Source: Amphiscolops sp. MND2022 (lineage: Eukaryota). From it: a stretch of 64,000 nucleotides of DNA. The stretch's first letter is position 1. Each line of letters starts with the position of its first letter. Below the pieces are notes generated by a model. It made no database searches. It was not told the DNA's origin and saw nothing but the letters and a program-made list of their open reading frames with translations. Shown piece by piece: positions 51,100 to 64,000 of the stretch. The DNA is taken from assembly GCA_964187785.1 (NCBI GenBank), contig OZ076409.1, positions 77,316,001-77,380,000 of the forward strand, written 5' to 3'. The position numbers were made by a program, and so were the translations under genes.

Positions 51100-51457
51100 A
51101 ACAAGACGCCCGCTATGCAACGGGATATTTTCCGCCTTCAATCGACTAACTATAGACGCTTAATCAAAAGCTTACATCCTCCTTGGTGAAACGCAATTGT
51201 TTCAAATTTAACGTCAAAATTCGGATATAGCGCAAAAAATTCGAACCTCCGTCTACTCTTCTCTTTAGTAAAACGCAACTTCCTTCGGATATAACGTCAA
51301 AAGTTTGCATATAGCTTGTTGGGAGAAATGGGAAAAAGTAACTACACGTGAGTAAGTCAATGGAGCAACTATAAAACGGAGATTTGGCAGAATTAGTAAA
51401 ACAAAAACGCAACACAGATCATGATTTTCATCCGTCATTTATGTGGGCGGAAAATAA
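51100..51457 (-). mobile_element. HINE-like family 2 copy (duplicate at 55526-55883)
   Basis: aacaagacgcccgctatgcaacgggatattttcc ... aaaacgcaacacagat...ggaaaataa is the reverse complement of the 43987-44494 ends. Confidence 0.7.
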
Positions 51458-54400
51458 CAACAACTTCACCATGCCATTTCGACGCATGAACCATATAACA
51501 ATTTTTGAACTGTTTAATCCAAATAATATCAATCTCTTTTGCCTTGCCGGCTTGTGAACCAGCTTTGATCTTGCGAACTTTTTCCAGAAAGAATTGCACA
51601 CTCAAACCACGTAATCCAGAAGCTGGAATTGAAACCTAGTTATATGATGCCTTGTCAATATTTGCAAATGATAATACCGGTTTTGGTCCGTTTCAGATTT
51701 TTCTCTCCCATTCGAATTCTTGGCAAATTGATTGCCGATTTTTGTTGATTCCTGAACCGTGGATTCATTAAAGGCCAAATTGCTTCGGAACTTCGGCAGC
51801 ATCCGAGGACTTGCAGGAATCATATTTTCACACTTTTGGGACTGATTTTTGAGCTTGTGGTTCCTTACGTTAACTTTTCTCGAGAATGCATTTGAAATGA
51901 AAGACCATTACGACGCATAACTTTACACTTTTTGAAAAGAGCGGAATCGACTGCTAATTGCATGTAGGACCTACAGGACCCTAAATCCGCTGTTTTAAAT
52001 GCCCGATTTCAAATACATGCTTTATAAAACGTGCTGCGGAATCCGCTTACATTTCTCTCTGGATTCCGGGGACAAACCTCTTTACATTAAATTTTTAGTG
52101 ATTTGCCTTATCGTCAACTGGAAACGCGAGAAATTAAACACTGCAGTATTAGTCCCTGAATTCCGCGCAGCGAATTCCGCTCTTTGCGGTTTGCATGTTA
52201 TAAAGCTTGGCCCAGGATTCCACTGCTCATCAACGGCATTCCCGTTCTCACAATGTCCACAGCCCCGACAGCCACACGACCGTGTACCGGCCTCCTTTCA
52301 TCAGGCATTGACCCAGGGACAACATGCAATTATTGTAAAAAACCTGGACATATGAAGGATGACTGTCGAAACCTCAAACGAAAGGATAAACAGAAACGCC
52401 ATGAAGGCCAATCTACCAAAAAAAGTATCCAAAGTGCCCGACTTGTGACTAAATGAACCACCTGGCGGAACGGTGTTGGAAAGGCGCTGGAGCCCACCTC
52501 AAGACAAAAACCTCGAAGTGGACACCACCAAATCGGAGGAAACTCCTTCAGTCATGAGAACTCCACCAACAAACCTACATCATCCATTCTTAAAAATCCA
52601 AAAAACTAGAATCATCACGACTCCATTTTAATGAAAAACTACGTGTCAGACAATAAATAAAATCCTACCTTTCTACTATCTATTACACTGAATATTACTC
52701 ATCACTTAGGGAAAATTCATCGGCTGACTGGCAGCAGCAGGTGAAAAACACTCCTACTACCTTACATGACTTGGACCTTCAGTCCAATCGACAGCACTGT
52801 AATACTACTACCATTCGGCCTCTACCTCTTATAGACAATTACAACCCCTACTATGCTGACCCAGATTTCGGTCTTGATCCTTATTGGGACATTCAAATCT
52901 AAAACCAACACCATCTACATTTCTACAGCCATTTCACCAGAGATACTACAGAAATAGAAACTGATATACCTGAAATTGATCACAATTTGAATGCAATCTT
53001 ATCCAAGGCTTTGGTCGACCCTTGGCAAAGCACTCAGGATGTCTTTCATTATGACAACCTATAGAGCAATCAATTCAGAAATCTCTCCTCAAATGTCTTT
53101 CCAAATTGTTTTACACATTTTGTGGAGCAAAAATTTAAACTAAGTGACTGTATTACGCACTTATGCAGTCCTACGGACTTTGACTAAATTACGTGATTTT
53201 CCACCACACATTTTGACTGAATTATACCGTCTTACTTTAAATGTGGTATAAATTAGTCAAATAGTGTAGCACAGTAATTACGTGGTGTGAACTAGTCAAA
53301 TAGTGTAGCACAGTAAAGACCGCAAATGAATCTAAATGGCAAAAAGAGCAGCAAAACACGTGTAGATTTTCCCAGATTGAACTCAAATGACAGTAACTGA
53401 ACTAATCACCCTAGAGAGAGTTCAATTGATTCTTTTGAGAGTGATGATGATTACGACATAAAATCTCTGTCGGTTGGTTGGAGTTAATTTCTCCTGTTAC
53501 TACATCCTTGATCTCATAGTCAAAACAGGATGTTCATTTTTCTTAAAGGTCTCATAACGATACACATCCTGCAAAACGGACTTCAGTCACGCAGCGTAAT
53601 CTGCGAATTCCGTAAAATGGTCATTCAGCGTACGTTGGTCAAGACATTCTACTCCTGGATGGTGTAGTTGTGTCAACGCGCGTAATGGAAAATAATGTTA
53701 GCTAGTCAAATCGCGTAAGTGGTGAAAAGTGGAAGTTGGTCCAAAAATGCTTTTTTCTGTGGTTCAGCCAATTTTAACTAACTTCCAACTAATACAAGTA
53801 TAGCGATCCCCAATTTGCAATAGGTGGAATGTGGTCAAAGTTTGACTAACCATCACCATTATTTTAAGCATTCAAAATCATTGCGAGACACATCCCGCTA
53901 ACGAACTAACAAGATCCTGCACTTTCGTTACCGGGATTTGTCTCACAATGCTAGCCTTAGCTTATTGTCTCTCCGTTGAAGGAAATGAAAAGATTTTTCC
54001 GGACAATAAAATAAATCTTGATTCCTTCTAGTTTAACTCAAATGACCTATCAACGGTGACAAATATCAGAAGACAATGGCAAACTATTGAGCGTAATTCA
54101 AGAAAAGAATGCCTAATTGGTTCGCGACCTGGGTGTTCATACCCTATGTCGGATGACACTCAGGTGTAGTTATGTCATTATCTAAATAAAGCCTCTGTAA
54201 TTATTATTGTGATGTCATCGCAAAATCTAAAAATATCTACAACGGGACTACATGACCCTTTGTTTATACAAATTCAAATGGGTAATAAGAATATATGTGT
54301 ATCAACATTTACATGCATGGCAGCGTCAATTATATTGTTTTTCATGTATTAATTATAGTCCGAAGGGCAAAATGTCGCACCGGTTTATTTCCTCATTGTC

Positions 54401-57400
54401 TCAGAGAAGCATAATAGTTTGTTAGGACCAAAAGTTGAATGTTCAGTCGATATAGCATTGGTGTGCTACACGGATTAAAGTAACATCCCTTTAGTTCATT
54501 TTATAAGATGGTAAGAGAGAGTGTAACGCAAGTTGACTTCATAGGGAAGTTTTCGTTCAATGGGGATTGTTCCCGGGAGGTCCTTTTGATAGTTGTGAGA
54601 GACAGAGTAGAGTTTTCCGTCACAGGCGGCAGCCTGCGACAGAGCTCTCAACTCTTTCAGAATTGACATAATATTCTTCAACTCCCGTTAGTTCATCATC
54701 ACTTTCAACCAATGTTACCGTTTTATTTCGTGTATGTTCGAAAGGCAGGCAAAATGTCATCGATTCCGTTGGTCGCACATTCGTTATCAGCATCAAAAAC
54801 ATCGATCCTTCCTTCTAATGGATTGTTTGCATTTTCCGGCGGAACTTGACCCTCGGCGATGAAACTTTCCTTGATCAACATTATCATTTTCTGCAAATAA
54901 TTCGCTATGCAGATTCGTTGAAAACAGGAGCGATTATTTGAGCTTTTATTTCGACCCAGCTTCGCTATTATAAAATTAGATCAAATTTTAAATCATTCGG
55001 TCATTGCATTCAGTTGCCTGGAAAAATGATTTTTTTTTCAATTTATGTACATTGAATTCGGATAACACAGGCATCCATGGGTTGCAGATCGATTTAGTGT
55101 TGCAAAAAATGAGATATTACATATTTAAAGTTTGGAATTTTGTGAGGATGTGCTGAACAATTGTTTTAAAAGCGTTTTCTTGTCTTTTGCAATTGAACTT
55201 TGCGTGAAGAAATTCGAATTAAATGACCAAAATTGAAGCAGTCATTCATTCATTCTTGTTGGGGACGTTTTGAATGATGTCAGAAAACAAAGCAGTTTTT
55301 GTAGTTTGTAAATTGACAGAAGTGGTAGTTTTTCTCTACTAGCCGATGATTCAACCGAAATTGATTTTATTTCTTTTGAACGCTTTCTACCCGAGAACTT
55401 TTGACCATTAACAACATGTGGGCAATTTGGTAACAGTTCCCTAATAAGAGCAGTTTTGTCAACAATGAAGATACTCTATATTGGGTATTTCTCTCGTGTT
55501 TACGATTCATTCCTTCAGTATATACAACAAGACGCCCGCTATGCAACGGGATATTTTCCGCCTTCAATCGACTAACTATAGACGCTTAATCAAAAGCTTA
55601 CATCCTCCTTGGTGAAACGCAATTGTTTCAAATTTAACGTCAAAATTCGGATATAGCGCAAAAAATTCGAACCTCCGTCTACTCTTCTCTTTAGTAAAAC
55701 GCAACTTCCTTCGGATATAACGTCAAAAGTTTGCATATAGCTTGTTGGGAGAAATGGGAAAAAGTAACTACACGTGAGTAAGTCAATGGAGCAACTATAA
55801 AACGGAGATTTGGCAGAATTAGTAAAACAAAAACGCAACACAGATCATGATTTTCATCCGTCATTTATGTGGGCGGAAAATAACAACAACTTCACCATGC
55901 CATTTCGACGCATGAACCATATAACAATTTTTGAACTGTTTAATCCAAATAATATCAATCTCTTTTGCCTTGCCGGCTTGTGAACCAGCTTTGATCTTGC
56001 GAACTTTTTCCAGAAAGAATTGCACACTCAAACCACGTAATCCAGAAGCTGGAATTGAAACCTAGTTATATGATGCCTTGTCAATATTTGCAAATGATAA
56101 TACCGGTTTTGGTCCGTTTCAGATTTTTCTCTCCCATTCGAATTCTTGGCAAATTGATTGCCGATTTTTGTTGATTCCTGAACCGTGGATTCATTAAAGG
56201 CCAAATTGCTTCGGAACTTCGGCAGCATCCGAGGACTTGCAGGAATCATATTTTCACACTTTTGGGACTGATTTTTGAGCTTGTGGTTCCTTACGTTAAC
56301 TTTTCTCGAGAATGCATTTGAAATGAAAGACCATTACGACGCATAACTTTACACTTTTTGAAAAGAGCGGAATCGACTGCTAATTGCATGTAGGACCTAC
56401 AGGACCCTAAATCCGCTGTTTTAAATGCCCGATTTCAAATACATGCTTTATAAAACGTGCTGCGGAATCCGCTTACATTTCTCTCTGGATTCCGGGGACA
56501 AACCTCTTTACATTAAATTTTTAGTGATTTGCCTTATCGTCAACTGGAAACGCGAGAAATTAAACACTGCAGTATTAGTCCCTGAATTCCGCGCAGCGAA
56601 TTCCGCTCTTTGCGGTTTGCATGTTATAAAGCTTGGCCCAGGATTCCACTGCTCAAACGGCTCAACTTTGAGCCGCACGAAAAGTGTAGGGTTATGCGTC
56701 GTAATGACAATCTTGTTACATGACGAACATTTCTTGGAAAATGCTTGTGGGGAGTAAAACTTTTCTTGCTGATAAAAAAAATTTGATACTTCAGTGTAAT
56801 GCTGGTACTGTGCAAGTTTTATGAGAAAAATGATTCCAATAATGGATTTACTTCCGTTTCTGCTGGAGGTTTTCAGTTGGAAAAATTTTAAGCATTACAG
56901 GTGCCCCGCGGAATTTTACGGCGTTGTACACTTTTTTGAGTTTCATTTCAACAATTTGTGGTCATTAATTCGCGAAATCGTATTTAATCAATGTCAAACT
57001 TGTCTATATTCAAATTAAGATGGCACCGTTTTCAATTGCAATACTTCTTTTTCGTTGGAAAATGCGCTACAATCAAATTGAAAACGTTCAATCAATGTTT
57101 ATTTTCGAAATTGTATTCGATCTGTATGTTCACCTTAAACCTTGAATTTTTTAAAATTTGATTAAACCAATTACCGTTTTCCGACATAACGCAAACAACA
57201 AAAACACGCTGAACTCAATTATTGACGACATATTCATATTATTTCCAGGTTGAGTGTTGCGTTCAACTCTCATCAGGGCGTAATTTGCGTGTTTGTTCGA
57301 ATTGAACAGTATTAGTTCCTTCTCTGATATTCAGTGAACACCAAAGCAATTGCTTTGGAGTTCACTGACTATCCGATAGGAGTTAAAAAGTTGGCCAGAG

Positions 57401-57409
57401 GGCGTCTTC

Positions 57410-57503
57410 AATTTGAAAAATCTACCGTTCTGAAAACTAGTTCATGCATTTATGCACGTATAAATGCATGAACTAGTTTTCAGAACAGTAGATTTTTCAA
57501 ATT
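57410..57503. repeat. 94-bp near-perfect palindrome (44-bp arms, one mismatch, 6-nt centre)
   Basis: aatttgaaaaatctaccgttctgaaaactagttcatgcatttat-gcacgt-ataaatgcatgaactagttttcagaacagtagatttttcaaatt. Confidence 0.95.
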
Positions 57504-58070
57504 CACATAAAATTGAGGATGGAGAGTGTCCGATTTAAAAAAAAATGTATTGGCAGAATGTACAAATAATATCGCAATGCATCTCTTGCTGAACATCTCT
57601 TGCATCTCTCATTTCATTCGTTTGTTGCACTGACTTAATATGTCATAAGGTGGAATTATGAAAATATACGCTTTCCAGTAAATTCTGAGAACTAAATACC
57701 TATGAGGTTGATAGATATTTCGATGGGGGCAAATTGTTTGAAAGGGTTCAGAGACCGCCACTTCCATTTACGGGGTATACCAGGGACAACATTAGAATGT
57801 TACAAATACCTGGGTAGAATATCGGTATTTCTGCTTGGTTATCAACAACGTATACTGCAAACTGCAATTTTTTTGGCGTTTTCCCGAATTTCATATCTAC
57901 CACCAGCATAACCCTTTCATGCCGCCTAAAAACATCAAAGATACAAATATGAGTTAACTAAAAGCAAATATACCTTACCTTTGAAATTCTAAGTCAGATC
58001 TTGGATTTGAAAAGTCTTCCAGTGTCGAGCAAGGTTGAATAGAAACGCTACAACATTGCGATTATTTGAA

Positions 58071-58301
58071 GAACACGGCCGCTAAGCAACGGGATGTTTT
58101 CCACCACACTCGCAAAACATTTCATACTTCAGCCCAAGTTCGAACCCACGACCTACTGAATGGCAGGCGGTCGCCCTGCCAACTGGGCTTACTCCAGTAA
58201 CTAAAGGGAGTATACCACTAAGTGAAATTTTGGCTGAATTTGGAAAAAAAACGCAACGCAGATGTGATTTTTCTTAATTAATTTGTGAGGGTGGAAAATA
58301 A
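58071..58301 (-). mobile_element. HINE-like family 2 copy carrying a tRNA-like segment
   Basis: Family 2 ends; internal (on -) AGCCCAGTTGGCAGGGCG…GTGGGTTCGAAC at about 58130-58196. Confidence 0.55.
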
Positions 58302-58794
58302 CAACCAGGGATGCCATCCAAAACGTGAATAAAATTTCGTGGCATCAAAACAGTGAGATATTATCGATTTCGTATCAATATGAAAGTATATTGAGCATAT
58401 GACGCTATCGGAATGCCGATAAAAGCACTGCAATGTTTTCCGTATACTGTTATTAGACGTCATCAAGAAAAACCAATTTGACGTGTTCCAACCACAATGG
58501 TCTGATGGAAGAAAATTAATGAAAAATATAACTGGCATATCTTCATATAGTTCTTGAAGTATATTTTTTATCTACACGTCTTGCTTTTAAATCTCACACG
58601 CCAACATCTAGATGGTTCAGTGGTTTCCGACAGAAATTGGTGGAACAAAATTCTAAATTGAAATATGAAACCCCCAGTAAACTAAGATTTTGTTGAAGTG
58701 AAACGAATAAACAACAAATTTTGACAAGGAATCGACCAAATTTGCCTTTGAAAAGCACGAAAATGATCGAAAAGTGTCTTATGGTAGGTCCCCA

Positions 58795-59116
58795 GTAAAA
58801 TAGAGTGTTTTTAGATCTTATTCACCTGAAATAAATAGTCATTTTAGACGTTATCCCACAAAAATAGTGAATTTAGACGTTATTCTATCAAAAAACAGTA
58901 AATTTCAGACGTAATTCCAGTGAAATAGTGTTTTTAGATATTATTCCATCGATTATTGAAATCTGGACCATTTCCATGTATGATTTTTGACAATCTTCCA
59001 AATCTGGACCATTTTCATCTAAAATTTACGCTAATCTAAACCAAAATCCATAACCCAAAATCCTACCTACAAGCGGTTTCAGGAAACGCGGTGCCGAAAA
59101 GCGTCCTTAATACTAC
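58795..59116 (-). mobile_element. Minisatellite-bearing element fragment (relative of 10575-10900), cut by the LTR insertion
   Basis: TTTAGACGTTAT units at 58800-58950; homology to the reverse complement of 10575-10770 stops at 59116. Confidence 0.7.
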
Positions 59117-59385
59117 TGTACTGACCTACATTAATAACCAATAGTATTTAGATGTTTATAGAATGTTCTAGAAAGTACATTTATTTGTTATTGAATGATT
59201 GTAAATCTCTACTCCCTCAGAGAGAGAAAACTAATAATCAGTATTCAGTTGACTTCCTTTTTGTTCTGCTTCTAACACCTCGAATTAGTTGTAATAAAGT
59301 AAGCTAGCTAGCCTGTCTCTCCGCCGCTTTTAGTAGTTGTGAATAAGACCATCCAAAGAAGTAACCAACCATTAAAAGCAGCACA
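59117..59385 (+). repeat. 5' LTR (269 bp) with PBS TGGTGCGACTTG at 59389
   Basis: Inverted termini TGTACTG...CAGCACA, internal AATAAA, TGG 3 nt downstream; starts exactly where homology of the host element ends. Confidence 0.7.
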
Positions 59386-61196
59386 ATTTGGTGCGACTTG
59401 TAAAATTTCTTGCCTTTTCTCCTGGATGATTTCTCTTCTCTCAACAATCATACAAAGACCACTCTCCATATTTGAAATTCTCTGGAATTGCAGTGAAATC
59501 TTTCTAGAATTCCTTGAAAGTTTAGTCTGCGACTTTCTGAATTTCATCAATAAATACATCATCGTTCGAAACACAATTTCTCCACTACAAAAATCAATTT
59601 GAATATAACAAATTTTCTTCACTACCGGTTTATCACGTTTTCTAACACGTTGACACGGTTCTTCATCCTGTTCTTTTGCCATACCGGTTTATCACGTTTT
59701 CCAATACGTTGAAACGGTTTCATTTCGGACTGATTCATCCAAAGTGACACAGTTCTGTTCTCTATACTGATTTATCACAGCTAATCCGGAAGCTTGTTGA
59801 AACAGTTCTTTGACGTTTGTCTGGTTTATCAAGGTTTTCTAACACCTTTGACACAGCAACTTTCTTCAACCCTGCTATCTTGAACGTCAGGTGGACTCCT
59901 GGTGTAATAGTTGACTGAGTGCATGTCCAGCTCCGCTCACCTATAAGCACATACGTCTCAAGATCAACTTCGTGTTGGCAGAAAACCTGGATTTTCTACT
60001 TTTACGTTTCGGATACATTTTCTACAAAAAATTTTTACAAAATAGTTTTCAGAAATAGACTCTGAATACAAAAAAAGGGCAACCAAGACTACCTAACAAA
60101 AACAACCACGCACTATTCCATTCCTTTCCTATTGTCGACAAACAATACAAATAACTTCAAAACTTAAACAATACATGAAAAATAACAACACAATATACAC
60201 TTAACCTTATATCTAGTACTTCCAATAGTAATAATTTTAACATAATCCTACAAAACAATTATTTTAACAAAATACCACATACAATTCTCACAACTCCTTT
60301 GCTTTAAAACTTAAAATAAGGCATGTAAATAACACAAACACAGTAAAGTTAGTTTTCTACTTTCAGGCACCCACAATTCCTATCCCCTCCCGTAAGACTT
60401 AGCCAATCAGACAGCCTCACCAGCTTACTCTGATTCTAAGACTGACTAAAAACCTTAGTTAAGTGTAAACGTCTTTAAGGAGAATCGAGAGGACACCGAA
60501 CTACGTTCGAATCTTCAAAATTCTTAGAAAGTAAAAGTAAAAGTAAAAGAAACAAAGATCAAACTTTGATCTTGATCAGTATTGATCAGACTTTGGATAG
60601 TGGACGTTGATTGTTCAGAGTTCCACTCCCTTAGTCTTAAAACACACAACCCACTTAAAATTAAAACAATCTTCTGTTTTTCTGGACGTGTCAGTAACCT
60701 TATGTTAGACACCTTAAAGTGATCCAGACTTAAAATAACATTTAGTTTCTGTTAGCAATCCTTTGAGGTTGAATACAGATCCTAGTGCATCCGCTTCTTT
60801 TCTCTATCCAAAACTATTAACTTCTCAAACAACATCAAATTATAATACAAATTATATGAACCCTAACATATACAACCAAGCAATTTATCCTTTCAACTTT
60901 TACATTCCGCCAATTAGCTCCCTTCAGAACCCTACAGCAAACGATTTTGAAAGATTAATTGAACGATATCAACAATATTTTTTCTTTATCATAAATCAAC
61001 AACGACATTATCCAAGAGCTCCAACTTAGAAAATATCTATAAAAATCAATTGCAACATTCTCACCTTCACATTATAACATGTGGGAAAAGGTTACCACAG
61101 TAGTACTCATTACAACATACACGTTTTGTGTTTTATTTATAGTTTGTGTTCTTCTTGAAAAAATACTTACGGTGATAAGAGACAAACTTTAGAAAA

Positions 61197-63887
61197 ATGT
61201 CCTTAACAACAACCTATTTACCCTTTCAAACCCCCATCATTAAAAATGCAAAAGTTGTAAAATTAGAACTAAACCCATTCCTACAAAACATTATTTCACA
61301 TTATACACAACCACTCCCATTTGAAAATGAACCACACACAATTGAAACAATCCCTCTTATTAGAGAACATTTGGACATATACCTTTTCTATATTAGATAC
61401 AAAGTTTTAACAATCACCAAAGAATACCCAACTTTTCAAATCTCCTTTCTTCAACAAAGACTTAACTCATCTCATATATACAGAAGAACAAAAAACCCAA
61501 TAAACCTTCAAGTTCCTATTAAACAAGTTTTTCATGCTTTTCTAAACAATGTAAAAGACCACAACTTAGCACAGGAAATTCCAAAATTTAGTCCAAATGC
61601 ACTCGACGACCTTCAACGATACATAGACAATTTCGACGTAGAAATTATTGGAAGATTTGTTAATCCTGAAGACAATCCCCATCATTGGTTACAAGCTGAT
61701 ATACTACGAATTCAAAATTTCATCTACCATTACTTCAAAGACTTAACATTAAATGACCAAACAATTCCTCAGATCAAAGTAATATCTTTATTTCTCAGAA
61801 AATACTTCAGATTTAATTTTCAACTATTATGTTCACAACAAGATCAATCTGCTTTTACAGCATTTCCAAATCATTTTACATTAGTTTACCATTCATCATC
61901 AGTGAACAAAATGAACATCCTTACTTTCATAAACCACAATCAATTACAAAACAAACCTTAGATTACATACGTTTTGATCCTCTATTAATTACAGAAAATG
62001 ATCTGTTTGCAGACAATAGACCTAACCACTATGAACAAAATTCTCAAGATTAACAAAATTTACATTTTAACACTAACAATTATACTGAAGATGATAACAC
62101 CGATCAGGAAAATACAACCCAACAACAAAATCAACCTGAAAACTATAACGATAATGAGTTTACTACCCAAGAATCTACAATTTCAACACATAATCCATCA
62201 CAAACAGGGACATCAACATCAGTACATACTCAATCTTTTAGAGTTCCCACTAGAGTTGTAAACCAAAGACAAACTACACATAGTCCTCAATCTCACTTAG
62301 CTACATCTCCAAACCGTAATATAACTTTTAACCTTCCACATACAGATGACACACACGATGAAACCCATGATACATTACAGGATGATATTCTGACTACATC
62401 TAGTGCTCAGAATACTTCTGTTAATGTTGCATCTCCAAAAAGAACTAATCCTGATTATACAAGATACATCACTCGACCTAGATATGATCCTCCATCAATT
62501 CCCTCCGCCTTTCGCTCAAACAGATCGACCTCTTCCAACAACAATTTTAATGATAATCCCCAAACTTCCAATCGATATAACGATCCATTTAATTATAACT
62601 TTATCCTCTATCAAATACAACTAACAATACAAATACCAACCAACATCACTCTCAAATTAATACAACTTCAACAACACAAAACCCCTTCATACAATTATCA
62701 AATACCAATACTTCACAGAATATATATTCTCAAAATCAAGGAACCTCGTATACTTCCACTTCTTATTCTAATATCACACAGGATTCTCAAAGAAGACTTC
62801 ATAATCCTCCACTTACACATATACCAACTGATCCTCTGTATCAAATGCATCCAAATCCAAATCCTAACCTTAATCCTAATCCATTACCACCAAATACAAT
62901 CCAACATATACCTCCTCAACTCACACAACAATTAGCCCCTCCACCCCAATATTTACAAATGCCACAAGATACCTTTATACACATGTCCGCTTCAATACCA
63001 GAACCTATGAAACCTTTTGATGGTTTGGACCATTCTTATACCCCTGAAGAATATCTACAACAAGTCGAAGCAAGATTAACCTTCGCCATAGGTGAAGAAC
63101 CTCAAAATAATCCTATAAAAAACAAATCTAGGCATAACAGACGCATGGCTTACATACAATGTTCATTAACAGGAACAGCTCTCGATTGGTACACTAACCT
63201 CCATATATCATATAAACAACAATGGAATTCTTTTGTACAATTATTCAAAAAACAATTCTCATCTCAAACCACTGCTTACTACGCACAAGTAGAATCTATG
63301 TCACTCATGAAAAAGGATAATGAAACGGTTCGCCATTTCGCCTTTAGAGTACAACAATTAGTTAAAAAGGGATGGTGTTATGAAAATGCAGCTACCATAA
63401 ATCTCAAAATAATGAAATCTTTACAAAAGGGTTACCAAAAAAGTTAAAAGATTTTGCCCATAAACGACAAATTAAACATGTATCAACATTACTTGAACCT
63501 TCAATACCATTTCACACACTTGTTAGACATGTCGATTCTGAAGATATTGCTAATCAAAAAATTAGAACTAACGACTTAGCTCTAGAAATAAACAAAGTAT
63601 CGCTTGAAGATGATACTAACAAAAAAGAATTTGAACATGAAGATCAGATAATGGTTACTCAATCTGGAGACCCAAATAACAAAAGCAAACCAGCGTATAG
63701 AAAATATTGTTCCTATTGTCACAAAAATAATCATAGTATTTCAATTTGTTATCAAAAACAACGTGATGACGAATACCAGAAATACAATAACCAAAGATCA
63801 CGAACTCCTCAACAATCCTTTGTACAATATTTTCGCAGTAAACCTAATAATCCTCAAGAAAATCGAAATGACAATACAAATCCTTAA
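61197..63887 (+). pseudogene. gag: Long frameshifted gag region: unknown N-terminal part, low-complexity N/T/P/Q linker, capsid-like domain and CCHC
   Basis: MKPFDG…EEYLQQVE…LTGTALDWY…WNSFVQLFKKQF…ETVRHFAFRVQQL (62845-63447) and CSYCHKNNHSISIC (63651-63887). Confidence 0.8.
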
Positions 63888-64000
63888 TCCTCAGATAATG
63901 ATCGTAATAAATATAATCAAAATCACTATAATGATAGATACAGAAACAATGATAGATATCGTAGCAATAGTAGAGAATATTCGCAAAACAACTATAGATC

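Larger units (their letters stand above)
47807..56661. repeat. Near-identical tandem segmental duplication, 2 x 4426 bp
   Basis: acggcattcccg at 47807 and 52233; ORF track repeats with offset 4426; about nine substitutions noticed by eye. Confidence 0.97.
59117..64000 (+). mobile_element. 5' part of an LTR retrotransposon (probably Ty3/Gypsy), running off the window end
   Basis: LTR plus PBS, long A/C-rich leader, gag capsid and zinc-knuckle motifs; pol is not in the window. Confidence 0.8.

Noticed and set aside
52184..52456. Independent zinc-knuckle gene
   Set aside because: Chimera made by the duplication junction from the gag tail; TTG start and truncated

Overview
AT-rich, repeat-dominated animal genomic DNA, judged from GT-AG introns, LTR and LINE retroelements, non-autonomous DNA elements and a 200-N gap. 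It is not prokaryotic, and the organism cannot be identified from the window alone. One convincing host gene is present, which the ORF track misses because it is split into micro-exons. It has three exons on + (13449-13494, 15049-15092, 17262-17408) and encodes a 78-aa secreted prepropeptide with two basic-flanked copies of KK-WMEY-KR/RRR, i.e. a candidate new neuropeptide precursor. The rest is mostly mobile DNA: (1) a decayed full-length Ty3/Gypsy element (2089-7596, -); (2) an LTR family whose Gag reading frame starts hundreds of bases inside the LTR, seen as a solo LTR at 18155-19540 with a GTTAC TSD, a 5'LTR+gag at 45432-48180 and partial LTRs ending at 50215 and 54641; (3) a decayed APE-RT LINE (about 36715-41550, -) with an SGNH-like ORF just upstream; (4) the 5' end of another LTR element (59117-64000); (5) two DINE-1/HINE-like families; (6) a CCC...GGG MITE nested in inverted orientation inside its own family; (7) a foldback element, minisatellites and a 94-bp palindrome; (8) three near-identical tandem duplications (285, 485 and 4426 bp). 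All calls come from manual reading; no searches were run.
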